Notes: generated by a model from the letters alone, not told the origin. A DNA stretch of 64,000 nt from Alphaproteobacteria bacterium (GCA_013289265.1 JABDAH010000005.1:6392-70391), one strand, 5' to 3'; positions 1 to 10,815 are shown, numbered from the stretch's first letter. A program made the numbers and translations.

Positions 1-77
1 TGCGCTCCGCAGGAATCATGGTTGCTGACAGCCCTTCAGCGCTTGGCACCACTATGGTTAAAGCGATGGCGGCTTAA
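1..77 (+). CDS. sucD: 3' end of succinyl-CoA synthetase alpha subunit (partial)
   Basis: Frame from base 3 reads RSAGIMVADSPSALGTTMVKAMAA*, resembling the SucD C-terminus; lies upstream of sucA as in the alphaproteobacterial sucCDAB operon. Confidence 0.75.
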   Translation, partial: RSAGIMVADSPSALGTTMVKAMAA

Positions 78-269
78 GATAAGCGGCTAACCCCTTAAAA
101 ACAAACGAACTTCACTTATTCGCTAACCTTTATGGTTACTGAACTATTCCGTATGCGCTTTTCAAAATTAATTTTTTGAAAGTATTTATTGTGCTATGGT
201 GTTTGAGACAAACGTTTTTAAATTTTTATACAAATTGATTTTATTCGCATTTAAACAAAAGGGATAACC

Positions 270-1283
270 ATGACCCAGATCGCCTCAGTCGCTCAGTATC
301 AATCAAACGAAATTCAGCAACTTGCGCTGCGCGAATTGAACTTCATGGACCTTTATGTCTGTCTGGAAGGTCCGGGCATCGCCCATTACCGTCAAGGTGT
401 CGTCAATGGCCTGATGTCGGAAGTGGATCTGGACGTTCCTGCCGAGTTCCAGAATGATGTCGAAGAACTGGCCGAATATCTGCGTGGTAATTTTAAAGGT
501 GTCGAAAAAGGTTTTAATTTTGGTGGCGTTCGTCTACGTGCCTCCAAGCTGGAAACATCAAATGGCGAAGTATGGGCTGCTATGCGCCGTATCGCCGATC
601 TGCCCCCTGCTCTTAACAAACTTGGCTTTATCCCTCAATTCGTACCGCTTCTGCGCGACTTCGGTAAACGCAGCGGTTTGATCCTGCTTTGCGGTGCAAC
701 GGGTCAAGGTAAAACAACAACAGCTTCGTCGCTACTGCTGGATTATCTGGAAAATTACGGCGGTGTTGCCTTCACAATCGAAGATCCGGTTGAATATAAT
801 CTCGAAGGCCGCCGCGGCGGCGCTGGTTTCTGCTACCAGTCCGAAATCAATAACGAAGACGAATGGGGTAAAATGCTGAAACGCTCGCTGCGTTGGCATC
901 CGCGCTATATCGTCGTCGGCGAAGTACGTACACCAGACGCGGCCAACCAGTTGCTCCGCGCTGCGACATCTGGTCATACCGTCATCACCACAATGCATGC
1001 CGGCAGCATGGAAGAAGCTTTGGAAGGTTTGCTGCAGTTGGCCGAAATGGAATTGGGCGCCCGCGCGTCCTTGCTGTTGGCAGCCGGTTTAACCGCCGTC
1101 GTTCATCAGTCCTTCGGACCTACTGGACTGAACGCCACCTTTATGGCGACAGAACAGAATAACCCGGGTTCGCCTATCCGCGCCCTGATCCGTGACAAGC
1201 GTATTGGTCAGTCGCGCACCTTCTCCGACCAACAGATGGCGCTGCTGATGCAGAATGGCAAACTGTTTGGCGGTAGAGGCTAA
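270..1283 (+). CDS. PilT/DotB-like secretion or pilus ATPase
   Basis: Walker A GATGQGKTT, Asp box TIEDPVE, Walker B region IVVGEVR, His box GHTVITTMHA. Confidence 0.85.
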   Translation: MTQIASVAQYQSNEIQQLALRELNFMDLYVCLEGPGIAHYRQGVVNGLMSEVDLDVPAEFQNDVEELAEYLRGNFKGVEKGFNFGGVRLRASKLETSNGEVWAAMRRIADLPPALNKLGFIPQFVPLLRDFGKRSGLILLCGATGQGKTTTASSLLLDYLENYGGVAFTIEDPVEYNLEGRRGGAGFCYQSEINNEDEWGKMLKRSLRWHPRYIVVGEVRTPDAANQLLRAATSGHTVITTMHAGSMEEALEGLLQLAEMELGARASLLLAAGLTAVVHQSFGPTGLNATFMATEQNNPGSPIRALIRDKRIGQSRTFSDQQMALLMQNGKLFGGRG

Positions 1284-1313
1284 TTTTTGATAATTGATTG
1301 ATTTGATACCGTT

Positions 1314-1931
1314 ATGGATATCGTAGGTCATATTCGTCGCGTGGTTCGTGAAATCACAGGCGCTCGCGATGATGCAGCCTTTGATAGAGATAGATGGCAG
1401 CAACTCTATGATGGTGTGATCCATACGCTTAACGAGGTGAAGAAGGGTTCTGCCCTCGATTTCAGAGGCTACCTTATTTGTGGTCAATCCACCGTAAGTT
1501 TAAAAACCATATATCCTTATGGCGAAAACACTTTGTGGGAAAGCCTTGCGGCTTTGCGAAGCGTTTATACAGAAGAGCTGAACCGCAATTGGCGAAAACC
1601 TAGCTTTTGGGCAATAAATCAGCTGCTCGCCATAACTGATCAATTAATCGATGTAACTTGCGCCGAAAATAACCAATTTTCGAGTGAAAAACTAAAAAAC
1701 GAATTTCTAATCAAATGCGCAAAGGAAGCTTGTCTAACAGCTGCTCTAGCAGTGAAGATTGAAAATACCGGAAAAAAACCCAGGAAAACCGGGATCGTCG
1801 AAGATGAAATGAGCAAAGCAACAGCTGTCCTGGGTCTAAGTGAAAATTCGCTGAAAAACCTTAGACGGCATGCGACCCGCCCAGCAGAGTCAATCAAGCA
1901 AGCATTGATATCAGATCAAGAAGTAGCCTGA
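1314..1931 (+). CDS. hypothetical protein
   Basis: 205-aa ORF filling the gap before sucA, AT-richer than neighbours, no motif recognised. Confidence 0.6.
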   Translation: MDIVGHIRRVVREITGARDDAAFDRDRWQQLYDGVIHTLNEVKKGSALDFRGYLICGQSTVSLKTIYPYGENTLWESLAALRSVYTEELNRNWRKPSFWAINQLLAITDQLIDVTCAENNQFSSEKLKNEFLIKCAKEACLTAALAVKIENTGKKPRKTGIVEDEMSKATAVLGLSENSLKNLRRHATRPAESIKQALISDQEVA

Positions 1932-2015
1932 TCTCCCCTTTTGATTTTTGCGCGGAAGTTGTTATGATGCGGCATCGCAACAATTTCCAAGGGGCGGTTC
2001 ATCCCGCGCGCGTTC

Positions 2016-4910
2016 ATGACAACCGAACAATCTTCCTTTCTTTACAGCGCCAATGCCGACTTTATCGCGGAACTTTTCCAGCGCTATGCCGCCAATCCGG
2101 CCTCCGTCGACCCTAGCTGGCGCGGTTTTTTCGATGGTCTGGACGAGGATGGCCGATCCATCCTGAATGAGACGCGCGGCGCCAGTTGGGCACCCGCCAG
2201 CTCACAAAAAATTATCGGCAACGAAAATGGCATGGCCACACCCGCAGCCAAAGCTGGTAATAGCAAAGCTGTCGCCCCAGCGAGCATAACCAATGGCATC
2301 GCTGGTGATACCGCCCTGCTCGACAGTCTGCGCGCGATCTGGCTGATCCGCCTCTACCGCATGCGTGGGCATTTACTGGCGAACCTTGACCCGCTGGGCC
2401 TGACACCTGCGGCCTATCATGCAGATCTCGATCCCAAGACTTACGGTTTTACGGATGCCGATTATGACCGCCCTATTTTTATCGACGGCACGCTCGGTAT
2501 GCAGAATGCGACCTTGCGTCAAATTTTGGATAAATTGCGCAAAACATATTGCGGATCTGTCGGTGTTGAATTTGTTCACATTCAGGATCAAGAACAAGCC
2601 GACTGGCTCAAGCGCCGTATCGAGGAAACTGAAAATACGCCCAAATACAACAAGAACGCCAAGCTGCATATTCTGGAACGCATCACGGCGGGCGAGTCTT
2701 TCGAGAAATTTCTGGCCACCAAATTTGTTGGCGTCAAGCGCTTCGGCCTCGAAGGCGGCGAAAGCACTATTCCGGCACTAGATGCCGCTATTGCCCGCGG
2801 CGCGCAGCTCGGTTTGCGTGAAGTCGTTATTGGTATGGCCCATCGCGGCCGCTTAAATATGCTTACCAATATTCTTGGCAAACCTTTCACGGCGATTTTC
2901 TCGGAATTTCAAGGAACATCTGCGTACCCCGACAGCGTTCAGGGTTCCGGCGATGTGAAGTATCACCTCGGCACCTCGATCGACCGCGATTTCAATGGTC
3001 AAATGGTGCATCTGACGATGAATGCCAACCCATCGCATCTTGAATGGGTCAATCCTGTCGTTACAGGCCGCGTACGGGCCAAGCAGCAACAACGCGCCGA
3101 AAACACCAGCATTACCGAAGAATCCTGCGCTCAAGTCATGCCTTTGCTTATTCATGGCGATGCCGCTTTCGCTGGCCAAGGCATTGTTGCCGAAACATTG
3201 ATGCTATCGGAACTGAAGGGTTACCGCACCGGCGGCACGATGCATTTCGTCATCAACAATCAGGTTGGCTTCACCACTAGCCCGCAATATTCGCGCTCCG
3301 GCGTTTATTGCACCGACGTCGCCAAGATGATCCAGGCGCCGATTTTCCACGTTAACGGTGATGATGTTGAAGCTGTGGTTCATGTAGCAGAAATCGCCGC
3401 GGAGTTCCGTCAAAAATTCCTGAAGGATGTTGTGATCGATATGGTGTGCTACCGCCGCCACGGCCATAACGAAGGGGATGAACCTGCGTTCACCCAGCCG
3501 ATCATGTACCGCAAGATCAAGGAACAACCGACTACGCGCACCGTTTATGTGGGCAAGTTGGTTGCCGAGAATTCCCTGACGCAAGTCGAAACTGATAAAG
3601 TTCAGAGTGATTTTATCGCCAAGCTCGAAAAAGATTTCACAGCTTCGACCAGCTATAAACCCAACAAAGCTGACTGGCTGGAAGGACGCTGGCAGGGCCT
3701 CGAAGTCGCCAACGGCGACGATAAAGCCGATAGCACCGGCGTCGACCTCAATACACTAAAAGATATCGGCAACAAGATTTCCAATGTGCCGCAAGGCTTT
3801 AACGTTAATCCAAAGATCGCAAAGCAACTTGAAGCCAAGCGCGAGATGATGACGTCTGGCGAAGGTATTGATTGGGCCACCGCTGAAGCTTTGGCATTCG
3901 GCTCGCTTCTTACCGAGGGCACCCATGTTCGCTTATCGGGTCAGGATTGTGGTCGCGGCACATTCTCGCAACGCCATTCTGTATTGTACGATCAACAGGA
4001 TGAAAGCCGTTATATTCCACTGAATACACTAAGCTCCAAGCTCGCGAGCTACGAAGTGCATGATAGCCCCCTGTCCGAAGCCGCCGTTATGGGCTTTGAC
4101 TATGGTTTCTCGCTGGCAGAGCCCAAGGCTTTAGTCTGCTGGGAAGGCCAGTTCGGCGATTTTGCCAATACTGCGCAGGTGTTCTTCGATCAATTTATCT
4201 CGTCAGCAGAGTCAAAGTGGCTGCGCATGTCGGGCTTTACGCTGTTGCTGCCACACGGCTATGAAGGTCAGGGGCCAGAGCATTCCTCAGCGCGTCTGGA
4301 ACGCTTCCTGATTATGTGTGCCGAAGACAATATGCAGGTCGCCAATTGCACAACGCCTGCGAATTACTTCCATATTCTGCGACGTCAGGTACGGCGTAAT
4401 TTCCGTAAGCCATTGATCCTTATGACGCCGAAGTCACTGTTGCGTCATAAGCTCTGCGTCTCCAAGCTTGCGGATATGGCTGCAAACACATCCTTCAAGC
4501 GGATTATTCCGGAAACGGCGACCAATCTTGTCGATGACAAAAAAATCCGCCGCGTCGTTATCTGCAGCGGCAAGGTTTACTATGATTTGCTGGCGGCCCG
4601 CGAAGAACGCAAAATCACGGATGTCGTCCTTATTCGTCTGGAACAATTCTATCCCTTCCCGGATAAATTGCTGGCTCTGGAACTGGGGCGCTACGCCAAG
4701 GCAGATGTCATCTGGTGTCAGGAAGAACCCCAGAATATGGGCGGCTGGAACTTTGTTGATCGTCGTATCGAAGCGGCCCTCGTCAGCGTTAGCCACAGGA
4801 CACAGCGCCCCACTTATGTCGGCCGTTTGCCAAGCGCCGCAACGGCAACCGGTTCCCTGAAGCGCCACAACAAAGAACAGGCTGAGCTCATTGATAAAGC
4901 TTTGAATTAA
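2016..4910 (+). CDS. sucA: 2-oxoglutarate dehydrogenase E1
   Basis: KRFGLEGGES, GMAHRGRLN, GDVKYHLG, HGDAAFAGQG, GQGPEHSSAR motifs. Confidence 0.98.
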   Translation: MTTEQSSFLYSANADFIAELFQRYAANPASVDPSWRGFFDGLDEDGRSILNETRGASWAPASSQKIIGNENGMATPAAKAGNSKAVAPASITNGIAGDTALLDSLRAIWLIRLYRMRGHLLANLDPLGLTPAAYHADLDPKTYGFTDADYDRPIFIDGTLGMQNATLRQILDKLRKTYCGSVGVEFVHIQDQEQADWLKRRIEETENTPKYNKNAKLHILERITAGESFEKFLATKFVGVKRFGLEGGESTIPALDAAIARGAQLGLREVVIGMAHRGRLNMLTNILGKPFTAIFSEFQGTSAYPDSVQGSGDVKYHLGTSIDRDFNGQMVHLTMNANPSHLEWVNPVVTGRVRAKQQQRAENTSITEESCAQVMPLLIHGDAAFAGQGIVAETLMLSELKGYRTGGTMHFVINNQVGFTTSPQYSRSGVYCTDVAKMIQAPIFHVNGDDVEAVVHVAEIAAEFRQKFLKDVVIDMVCYRRHGHNEGDEPAFTQPIMYRKIKEQPTTRTVYVGKLVAENSLTQVETDKVQSDFIAKLEKDFTASTSYKPNKADWLEGRWQGLEVANGDDKADSTGVDLNTLKDIGNKISNVPQGFNVNPKIAKQLEAKREMMTSGEGIDWATAEALAFGSLLTEGTHVRLSGQDCGRGTFSQRHSVLYDQQDESRYIPLNTLSSKLASYEVHDSPLSEAAVMGFDYGFSLAEPKALVCWEGQFGDFANTAQVFFDQFISSAESKWLRMSGFTLLLPHGYEGQGPEHSSARLERFLIMCAEDNMQVANCTTPANYFHILRRQVRRNFRKPLILMTPKSLLRHKLCVSKLADMAANTSFKRIIPETATNLVDDKKIRRVVICSGKVYYDLLAAREERKITDVVLIRLEQFYPFPDKLLALELGRYAKADVIWCQEEPQNMGGWNFVDRRIEAALVSVSHRTQRPTYVGRLPSAATATGSLKRHNKEQAELIDKALN

Positions 4911-4917
4911 GGCGATA

Positions 4918-4965
4918 AAGCTAATAGCTTAATTTATTGACAAAATTAAGCTATTAGCTTACAAT
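4918..4965 (+). promoter_or_regulatory. sigma70 promoter inside a perfect 18-bp inverted repeat (probable antitoxin operator)
   Basis: TTGACA (4937-4942), 17 bp, TACAAT (4960-4965); arms 4918-4935 and 4943-4960 are exact reverse complements. Confidence 0.85.
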
Positions 4966-4970
4966 AGTTC

Positions 4971-5222
4971 ATGCGTTTAATTACCTATACACCTCTGGCT
5001 TTGAAGCAACTAGAGAAGCTAGATCGTATGTGGGCCATGCGAATTCGAGAAAAAATCAGGCAGTACGCAGATGATCCAGTCGGCCTCGCCAATCAAGTAA
5101 AGGCTTTAAAAGGAAGCAAAGGTTTACGGCTGCATGTTGGCGACTATAGAGTTATTTTTACGGCAGATGCCAAAGTTTTATTCATTATTAAAGTTGGCCA
5201 TCGTCGGGATATTTATGAATAG
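4971..5222 (+). CDS. RelE/ParE family toxin
   Basis: 83 aa basic protein; ALKQLEKL, LRLHVGDYRVIF, IIKVGHRRDIY. Confidence 0.9.
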   Translation: MRLITYTPLALKQLEKLDRMWAMRIREKIRQYADDPVGLANQVKALKGSKGLRLHVGDYRVIFTADAKVLFIIKVGHRRDIYE

Positions 5223-5233
5223 AGGAACGACAA

Positions 5234-5605
5234 ATGCATGAAGGAGTTCAAATTATTAAAGGCGATTACGTGCTGGTGCCCCGCGCCCAATACGAGCAAT
5301 TGCTCAAACGGCGCCAACCGTCCGATGCCCATCTAGTCAATGATATTCTTGAATCTGCTCGTCACGGAACAACATCCATGATTCCCTCTGAAGTCGTAGA
5401 TATGGTGCTCGATAAAGGCTATAGCCGCATTCGTGCCTGGCGTTTACACCGCGGCCTAAAGCTTGTGGAACTCGGCAAGAAGACAGGCCTGACCGGCTCA
5501 TATATCAGTCAGATAGAGCTTGGGAAACGTACGGCAAGCGTGAGCGTCCTTAGAAAACTAGCCCTTGCCTTTGGCACTGGCATTGATGCTTTGCTGGTGG
5601 ATTAA
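5234..5605 (+). CDS. XRE-family HTH antitoxin (HigA-like)
   Basis: C-terminal HTH IRAWRLHRGLKLVELGKKTGLTGSYISQIELGKR; follows the toxin gene. Confidence 0.88.
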   Translation: MHEGVQIIKGDYVLVPRAQYEQLLKRRQPSDAHLVNDILESARHGTTSMIPSEVVDMVLDKGYSRIRAWRLHRGLKLVELGKKTGLTGSYISQIELGKRTASVSVLRKLALAFGTGIDALLVD

Positions 5606-5925
5606 TGCTGATCCGATTTTTGAATATTCTTATTTTAATCGAACTGCTGGCTGCTCCTCAGCCCGCATTCGCCCAAATGATGCTGGATTCAGCATTGGGG
5701 GCGCTCGGCGCAGGCGCGAATGAGATGAGCAGTATTCGCAAACCGCTAACAGCAGGCGAAATTATCAACAACCTGTCGCAACAAGGATATACGCAGATTA
5801 CTATTGCCGATGCCCCCACCAAAGGCGTGCCTTTACATGCAACAGCAGTCAGCCCCGCCAATATACCAGTTGATCTAGGCATTGAGCCTACAACCGGCGC
5901 CATCATCACTGCAGTGCCACACTAG
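5605..5925 (+). CDS. secreted protein, possible PepSY-like domain
   Basis: Signal peptide ending AFA; LTAGEIINNLSQQGYTQI...IEPTTGAII pattern; TAATG overlap with upstream gene. Confidence 0.55.
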   Translation: MLIRFLNILILIELLAAPQPAFAQMMLDSALGALGAGANEMSSIRKPLTAGEIINNLSQQGYTQITIADAPTKGVPLHATAVSPANIPVDLGIEPTTGAIITAVPH

Positions 5926-6040
5926 GCAAAATCTTTCGGCAAATGCCCTTCTCAGGCCACTTTCTAGGCTTTAACTTTTCGCCAATTCACGCTATTAAGC
6001 TTTAGAAAGCATTCCTTCCCAACCATCAATTGAGTTTACT

Positions 6041-7273
6041 ATGACCACGCAAATCGTAGTGCCCCCAATGGGCGAATCCGTTTCCGAAGCAACTGTCGCC
6101 AAATGGCTGAAAAAAGTCGGGGATGCGGTACGTATGGATGAACCTCTGGTTGAGCTTGAAACTGATAAGGTTACTCTCGAAGTTAACGCTACCAGCGCAG
6201 GCGTGATCAGCGAAATTAAAGTGCCGCAGGGCGGGAATGTCGGCGTAGGTGCTGTTCTGGGCCTGATTTCAGAAGGTGGCGCAGCCGTAGCCTCGCCGTC
6301 AGCTAGCGCAACAACTTCCGCGCCACCGCAAACACAACCTCCTGTAACGGCCAATACATCTGTTGCGCCAGCACAACAAACCCAGACCGGCGCAGCAGTT
6401 ATGCCCGCTGCCCGCAAGCAAGCGGAAGATCGTGGCCTAAACCCTTACGAAATTTCCGGCACTGGCAAAGGCGGCCGCGTGACCAAGGAAGATGTCGTTA
6501 ATTACGCAGCGCCTGCAGCAAAGCCGGCACCCGCTGCTAAAGCGCCTCAGCCAACGGGCCCCCGCAGCCGCGCAAATGAAGAAGAACGCGTGCGCATGAC
6601 CCGTCTGCGCCAACGCATCGCCGAACGCCTGAAAGAGGCACAAAATACGGCAGCTATGCTGACCACTTTCAATGAAGTGGATATGACCAATGTTATGGCT
6701 TTGCGCACTTTGCATAAAGATAATTTTGAGAAAAAATACGGCACAAAGCTAGGCTTCATGTCTTTCTTCGTCAAAGCGGTTATCCAGGCGCTGAAGGAAA
6801 TCCCAAGCGTAAATGCCGAGATTGAAGGCGAAGACCTCGTTTACAAGAATTACTATGATATCGGCGTTGCAGTCGGCACACCACAAGGGCTCGTCGTACC
6901 AGTTGTGCGCGATGCCGATAAACTAAACTTCGCCGAAGTTGAAAAAACTATCGGCGATCTTGGCAAGCGTGCGCGCGATGGCAAACTGGCAATGGCGGAC
7001 CTCACCGGCGGCACCTTCACCATTACTAATGGCGGTACTTACGGCTCCCTCATGTCGACGCCAATTCTGAACCCGCCGCAATCCGGCATTCTCGGCATGC
7101 ATGCGATCAAGGAACGCGCGGTTGTCGTGAACGGTAAAGTCGAAGCGCGTCCGATGATGTACCTTGCGCTCAGCTACGATCACCGCATCATTGATGGACG
7201 TGAAGCCGTAACATTTCTCGTTCGCGTCAAGGAATGCATCGAAAATCCGGAACGGTTGCTACTCGGCGTTTGA
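6041..7273 (+). CDS. sucB: dihydrolipoamide succinyltransferase (E2)
   Basis: Lipoyl motif [17 protein letters not shown], catalytic SYDHRIIDG. Confidence 0.98.
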   Translation: MTTQIVVPPMGESVSEATVAKWLKKVGDAVRMDEPLVELETDKVTLEVNATSAGVISEIKVPQGGNVGVGAVLGLISEGGAAVASPSASATTSAPPQTQPPVTANTSVAPAQQTQTGAAVMPAARKQAEDRGLNPYEISGTGKGGRVTKEDVVNYAAPAAKPAPAAKAPQPTGPRSRANEEERVRMTRLRQRIAERLKEAQNTAAMLTTFNEVDMTNVMALRTLHKDNFEKKYGTKLGFMSFFVKAVIQALKEIPSVNAEIEGEDLVYKNYYDIGVAVGTPQGLVVPVVRDADKLNFAEVEKTIGDLGKRARDGKLAMADLTGGTFTITNGGTYGSLMSTPILNPPQSGILGMHAIKERAVVVNGKVEARPMMYLALSYDHRIIDGREAVTFLVRVKECIENPERLLLGV

Positions 7274-7308
7274 TTCTTACGCTTTTTGCATTTTTCTGAA
7301 GGCATCTT

Positions 7309-8715
7309 ATGTCAACAACATCCTACGACCTGATTGTTATTGGTTCCGGCCCGGGCGGCTATGTCGCCGCTATCCGTGCAGCGCAATTGGGCATGAAAAC
7401 GGCCTGCGTCGAGATGAGCCCGACACTGGGCGGTACTTGTCTCAATGTCGGCTGCATTCCGTCTAAAGCTCTGTTGACCAGTTCGGAAAAATACACCGAA
7501 GCGCGCCAGCATTTTGCCGTTCACGGCATTAAAACCGGCGATGTCAGCTTTGACCTGCCGACGATGATGGCTCACAAAAATAAAGTGGTGAAAGACAACA
7601 CCGCTGGCATTGAGTATCTGTTCAAGAAGAACAAAATTGACTGGATCAAGGGCAAAGGCTCCATCGCCGCTATTGGTCAGGTCAAAGTCGAAGGCGCATC
7701 CGGCACACAAACTTACGCAACGAAAAATATCCTGATCGCAACCGGTTCAGAGAGCATGCCGCTTCCCGGCATTACAGTTGATGAAAAGCGCATTGTCACA
7801 TCGACCGGCGCTTTGTCTTTGTCGCCTGTGCCAAAGAGCATGGTCGTTATTGGCGGCGGCGTGATCGGTCTTGAACTCGGCTCCGTCTGGCAACGCCTCG
7901 GCACCGAAGTCACTGTCGTGGAATTCCTGGACCGCATTCTGCCTACGATGGACGGCGAACTGTCGAAGACCGCGCAAAAAATCCTCGGCAAGCAAGGTAT
8001 GCAGTTTAAACTGAGTACCAAGGTGACTTCCGCTAAAGTCGAAGGTGAAAAAGTCAATCTGACATTAGAAGCCGCAGCTGGCGGATCGCCTGAAAAAATG
8101 CAGGCTGATGTTGTGTTGCTGGCAATTGGCCGCCGCCCTTATAGCGAAGGGCTGGGGCTTGAGAAAATTGGTGTTAAACTGGACGAACGCAAGCGCGTTG
8201 CCGTTGATCACCATTTCCAGACCAACGTCAAAGGTATCTACGCCATCGGCGATGTGATCGCCGGCGCAATGCTGGCGCATAAAGCCGAAGAAGAAGGCGT
8301 TGTTGCCGTAGAAATGATGGCGGGACAATCAGGCCACATTAACTATGATGCTATTCCTGGCGTAGTCTACACGTGGCCCGAAATTGCCTCCGTCGGCAAA
8401 ACCGAAGAAGAACTGAAGAAGGCTGGTATAGCATATAAAGTCGGCAAATTCCCTTTCTCCGCCAATGGTCGCGCACGCGCGATGGCCGACACCGAAGGTT
8501 TTGCCAAAATTTTGGCCGACGCGAAAACAGATCGCGTACTCGGTGCGCATATCATTGGGCCTGACGCAGGTACGATGATTGCTGAATTGGCGCTGGCAAT
8601 TGAATTCAGCGCAAGCTCTGAAGACATTGCCCGTACCAGCCATGCTCACCCAACGCTCAACGAAGTTGTGAAGGAAGCGGCGCTTGCTGTTGATGGGCGA
8701 CAGATACATATCTAA
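7309..8715 (+). CDS. lpdA: dihydrolipoamide dehydrogenase (OGDH-linked)
   Basis: GSGPGG, GGTCLNVGCIPSK, HAHPTLNE. Confidence 0.97.
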   Translation: MSTTSYDLIVIGSGPGGYVAAIRAAQLGMKTACVEMSPTLGGTCLNVGCIPSKALLTSSEKYTEARQHFAVHGIKTGDVSFDLPTMMAHKNKVVKDNTAGIEYLFKKNKIDWIKGKGSIAAIGQVKVEGASGTQTYATKNILIATGSESMPLPGITVDEKRIVTSTGALSLSPVPKSMVVIGGGVIGLELGSVWQRLGTEVTVVEFLDRILPTMDGELSKTAQKILGKQGMQFKLSTKVTSAKVEGEKVNLTLEAAAGGSPEKMQADVVLLAIGRRPYSEGLGLEKIGVKLDERKRVAVDHHFQTNVKGIYAIGDVIAGAMLAHKAEEEGVVAVEMMAGQSGHINYDAIPGVVYTWPEIASVGKTEEELKKAGIAYKVGKFPFSANGRARAMADTEGFAKILADAKTDRVLGAHIIGPDAGTMIAELALAIEFSASSEDIARTSHAHPTLNEVVKEAALAVDGRQIHI

Positions 8716-8724
8716 TAACAAGAT

Positions 8725-8795
8725 GCGTATGCCCGCGTAAGCGGGCATCCAGCTTCTGATTATTAAACAGATACCCGTCTTCGCGGGTATGACGC
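8725..8795. repeat. RPE/dRS3-like palindromic element, copy 1 (intergenic)
   Basis: Two hairpins atgcccgc-gtaa-gcgggcat and atacccg-tcttcg-cgggtat; similar to 37129-37233 and 61943-62009. Confidence 0.8.
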
Positions 8796-8812
8796 CAGAA
8801 AGAGAAAAACTC

Positions 8813-9868
8813 ATGCTGAAAGCCCTTGGTTACGCAGCGCAGTCCGCTACCTCACCCATAGCGCCAATGGATTTTCAGCGCCGCGATCCCGGCCCCAAAG
8901 ATGTCCAGATTGATATCCTGTTCTGCGGCATTTGCCATTCAGACTTGCATACGGCTCGCAACGAATGGGGCGGCTCCACCGTTTACCCCTGCATTCCTGG
9001 GCACGAAATTGTCGGGCGGGTTGCCGAAGTCGGCAAAGATGTCAAAAAATTCAAGGAAGGCGATGTCGTAGGCGTCGGCTGTATGGTCGATAGCTGCCGT
9101 ACCTGCCCCAGCTGCAAAGAAGGGCTGGAACAATATTGTGACACCGGCGGTACTATCTTTACCTATAACAGCGCCGATCCAATTTCAGGCGGCATGACAT
9201 ACGGCGGCTATTCCAACATCATTGTCGTTGATCAGGATTTCGTCCTGAAAGTACCGAAGAATTTGGACCTCGCTGGTGTTGCGCCGCTTTTATGCGCAGG
9301 CATCACAACTTATTCGCCGCTGCGCCATTGGAAAATCGGTAAGGGTAGCAAGGTCGGCATTGTTGGTCTCGGCGGCCTCGGTCATATGGGCGTTAAAATC
9401 GCGCATGCCATGGGCGCACATGTTGTTATGTTCACAACATCGCCCGGCAAAACAGCCGATGCTAAAAAACTGGGTGCCGATGAAGTTGTGGTTTCCAAAA
9501 ACCCGGATGAAATGAAAAAGCATCTCGGCAGCTTTGACTTTATACTTAACACCGTTGCCGCGCCGCATAATCTGGATGCCTATCTGGAGCTTTTGAAACG
9601 CGATGGCACTATGTGCGTGGTCGGCGTCCCGGCTTCGCCGCATCCTTCGCCCAGCGTTGGCAATCTGATTTTCCGTCGCCGTTCGCTGGCCGGTTCGCTT
9701 ATTGGCGGAGTCAAGGAAACGCAGGAAATGCTTGATTTCTGCGCTGAACACAATATTACCGCCGATATCGAGGTGATCCCGCCCCAGAAAATCAATAAAG
9801 CTTATGAGCGCATGCTTAAAAGCGATGTGAAATATCGATTTGTGATCGATATGGGATCAGCAGCTTAA
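8813..9868 (+). CDS. NADPH-dependent zinc alcohol dehydrogenase (cinnamyl-ADH/YahK-like)
   Basis: CGICHSD, PGHE, structural Zn CxxCxxC, PLLCAGIT, GLGGLGH; start taken at ATG 8813, outside the repeat. Confidence 0.93.
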   Translation: MLKALGYAAQSATSPIAPMDFQRRDPGPKDVQIDILFCGICHSDLHTARNEWGGSTVYPCIPGHEIVGRVAEVGKDVKKFKEGDVVGVGCMVDSCRTCPSCKEGLEQYCDTGGTIFTYNSADPISGGMTYGGYSNIIVVDQDFVLKVPKNLDLAGVAPLLCAGITTYSPLRHWKIGKGSKVGIVGLGGLGHMGVKIAHAMGAHVVMFTTSPGKTADAKKLGADEVVVSKNPDEMKKHLGSFDFILNTVAAPHNLDAYLELLKRDGTMCVVGVPASPHPSPSVGNLIFRRRSLAGSLIGGVKETQEMLDFCAEHNITADIEVIPPQKINKAYERMLKSDVKYRFVIDMGSAA

Positions 9869-9876
9869 TATAGGAG

Positions 9877-10815
9877 TTACTTCGCCCGTGGGTGTGCGGC
9901 TTTATAGGCTTTTTGAAGTTGCTGCGCATCGACCTGCGTATAGAGTTGCGTGGTCGAGAGTGAGCTATGGCCGAGCAATTCCTGCAAACTGCGCAAATCG
10001 GCACCCGATGCCAGCAAATGCGTTGCAAAGCTGTGGCGCAAAGCATGAGGCGTAACATTATCTGGCAAATTCAGCTGACGACGAAGCTGCCGCAGATGTC
10101 GCTGCGCTACCGCAGGGTTTAATTTCTCACCGCGCACACCCACGAAAACCACATCCTCATTGTCTTTGGCGAAGGGGCAAGCTGCAAAATATTTCTCCAA
10201 AGCTTCGCGTACGACTGGCAACAGCGGCACATTACGCTGCTTATTGCCCTTACCTGTCACCGTAATGCGCTCACCCTGAGCAAGATCGGCGCGCGTCAGG
10301 TTCAGCGCCTCACTGATACGCAAACCCGCACCGTAAAGTAATGTGAACAACGCTTCGTCGCGCAGACCGACCCAACTCTCATTCGGCACATTTTTGGAGA
10401 GAGCAACAATATCCTGCGCCTGAATTTCCGTGACGGGGCGCGGCAGGCGTTTGCCGGTTTTAGGCAGCTTCAACAAATCGATAGCATTGTTATGCAACTG
10501 TCCCGATTTATCCAGCCAGCGGAAAAAGTTGCGCACCCCTGCAACAGCCCGCGCGCGGCTGGAGGCCTGCCGGTTTTCGGCGGCATTGTTCGCCAGCCAA
10601 CTGCGAAAATCGCTAAGTGTCAGCGCCGAGAGCATACCCAGATTGATCTGCCTACCGCGATGCTGATTAAGAAAATCAAAGAGATTATGGAGATCGAACT
10701 GATAAGACTCGACAGTATTATCTGACGCACGTTTTTCGTAACGCAACCAGCTTTGCCATTTGACTACGGCATCAATAACATCGTCGGCCCAAGCAAGCTG
10801 ACTATTATCAGGCAC
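9877..10815 (-). CDS. xerC: tyrosine recombinase XerC
   Basis: [43 protein letters not shown]; usual position between lpdA and fsa/priA. Confidence 0.9.
   Translation of the reverse strand: MPDNSQLAWADDVIDAVVKWQSWLRYEKRASDNTVESYQFDLHNLFDFLNQHRGRQINLGMLSALTLSDFRSWLANNAAENRQASSRARAVAGVRNFFRWLDKSGQLHNNAIDLLKLPKTGKRLPRPVTEIQAQDIVALSKNVPNESWVGLRDEALFTLLYGAGLRISEALNLTRADLAQGERITVTGKGNKQRNVPLLPVVREALEKYFAACPFAKDNEDVVFVGVRGEKLNPAVAQRHLRQLRRQLNLPDNVTPHALRHSFATHLLASGADLRSLQELLGHSSLSTTQLYTQVDAQQLQKAYKAAHPRAK

Noticed and set aside
8329-8814. 161-aa minus-strand ORF beginning with an RPE-like peptide
   Set aside because: Antisense to lpdA; its start is just the translated intergenic repeat
9877-10815. 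Tyrosine recombinase as a possible island integrase
   Set aside because: Size, motifs and position near lpdA/fsa/priA fit housekeeping XerC; no att-like repeats seen
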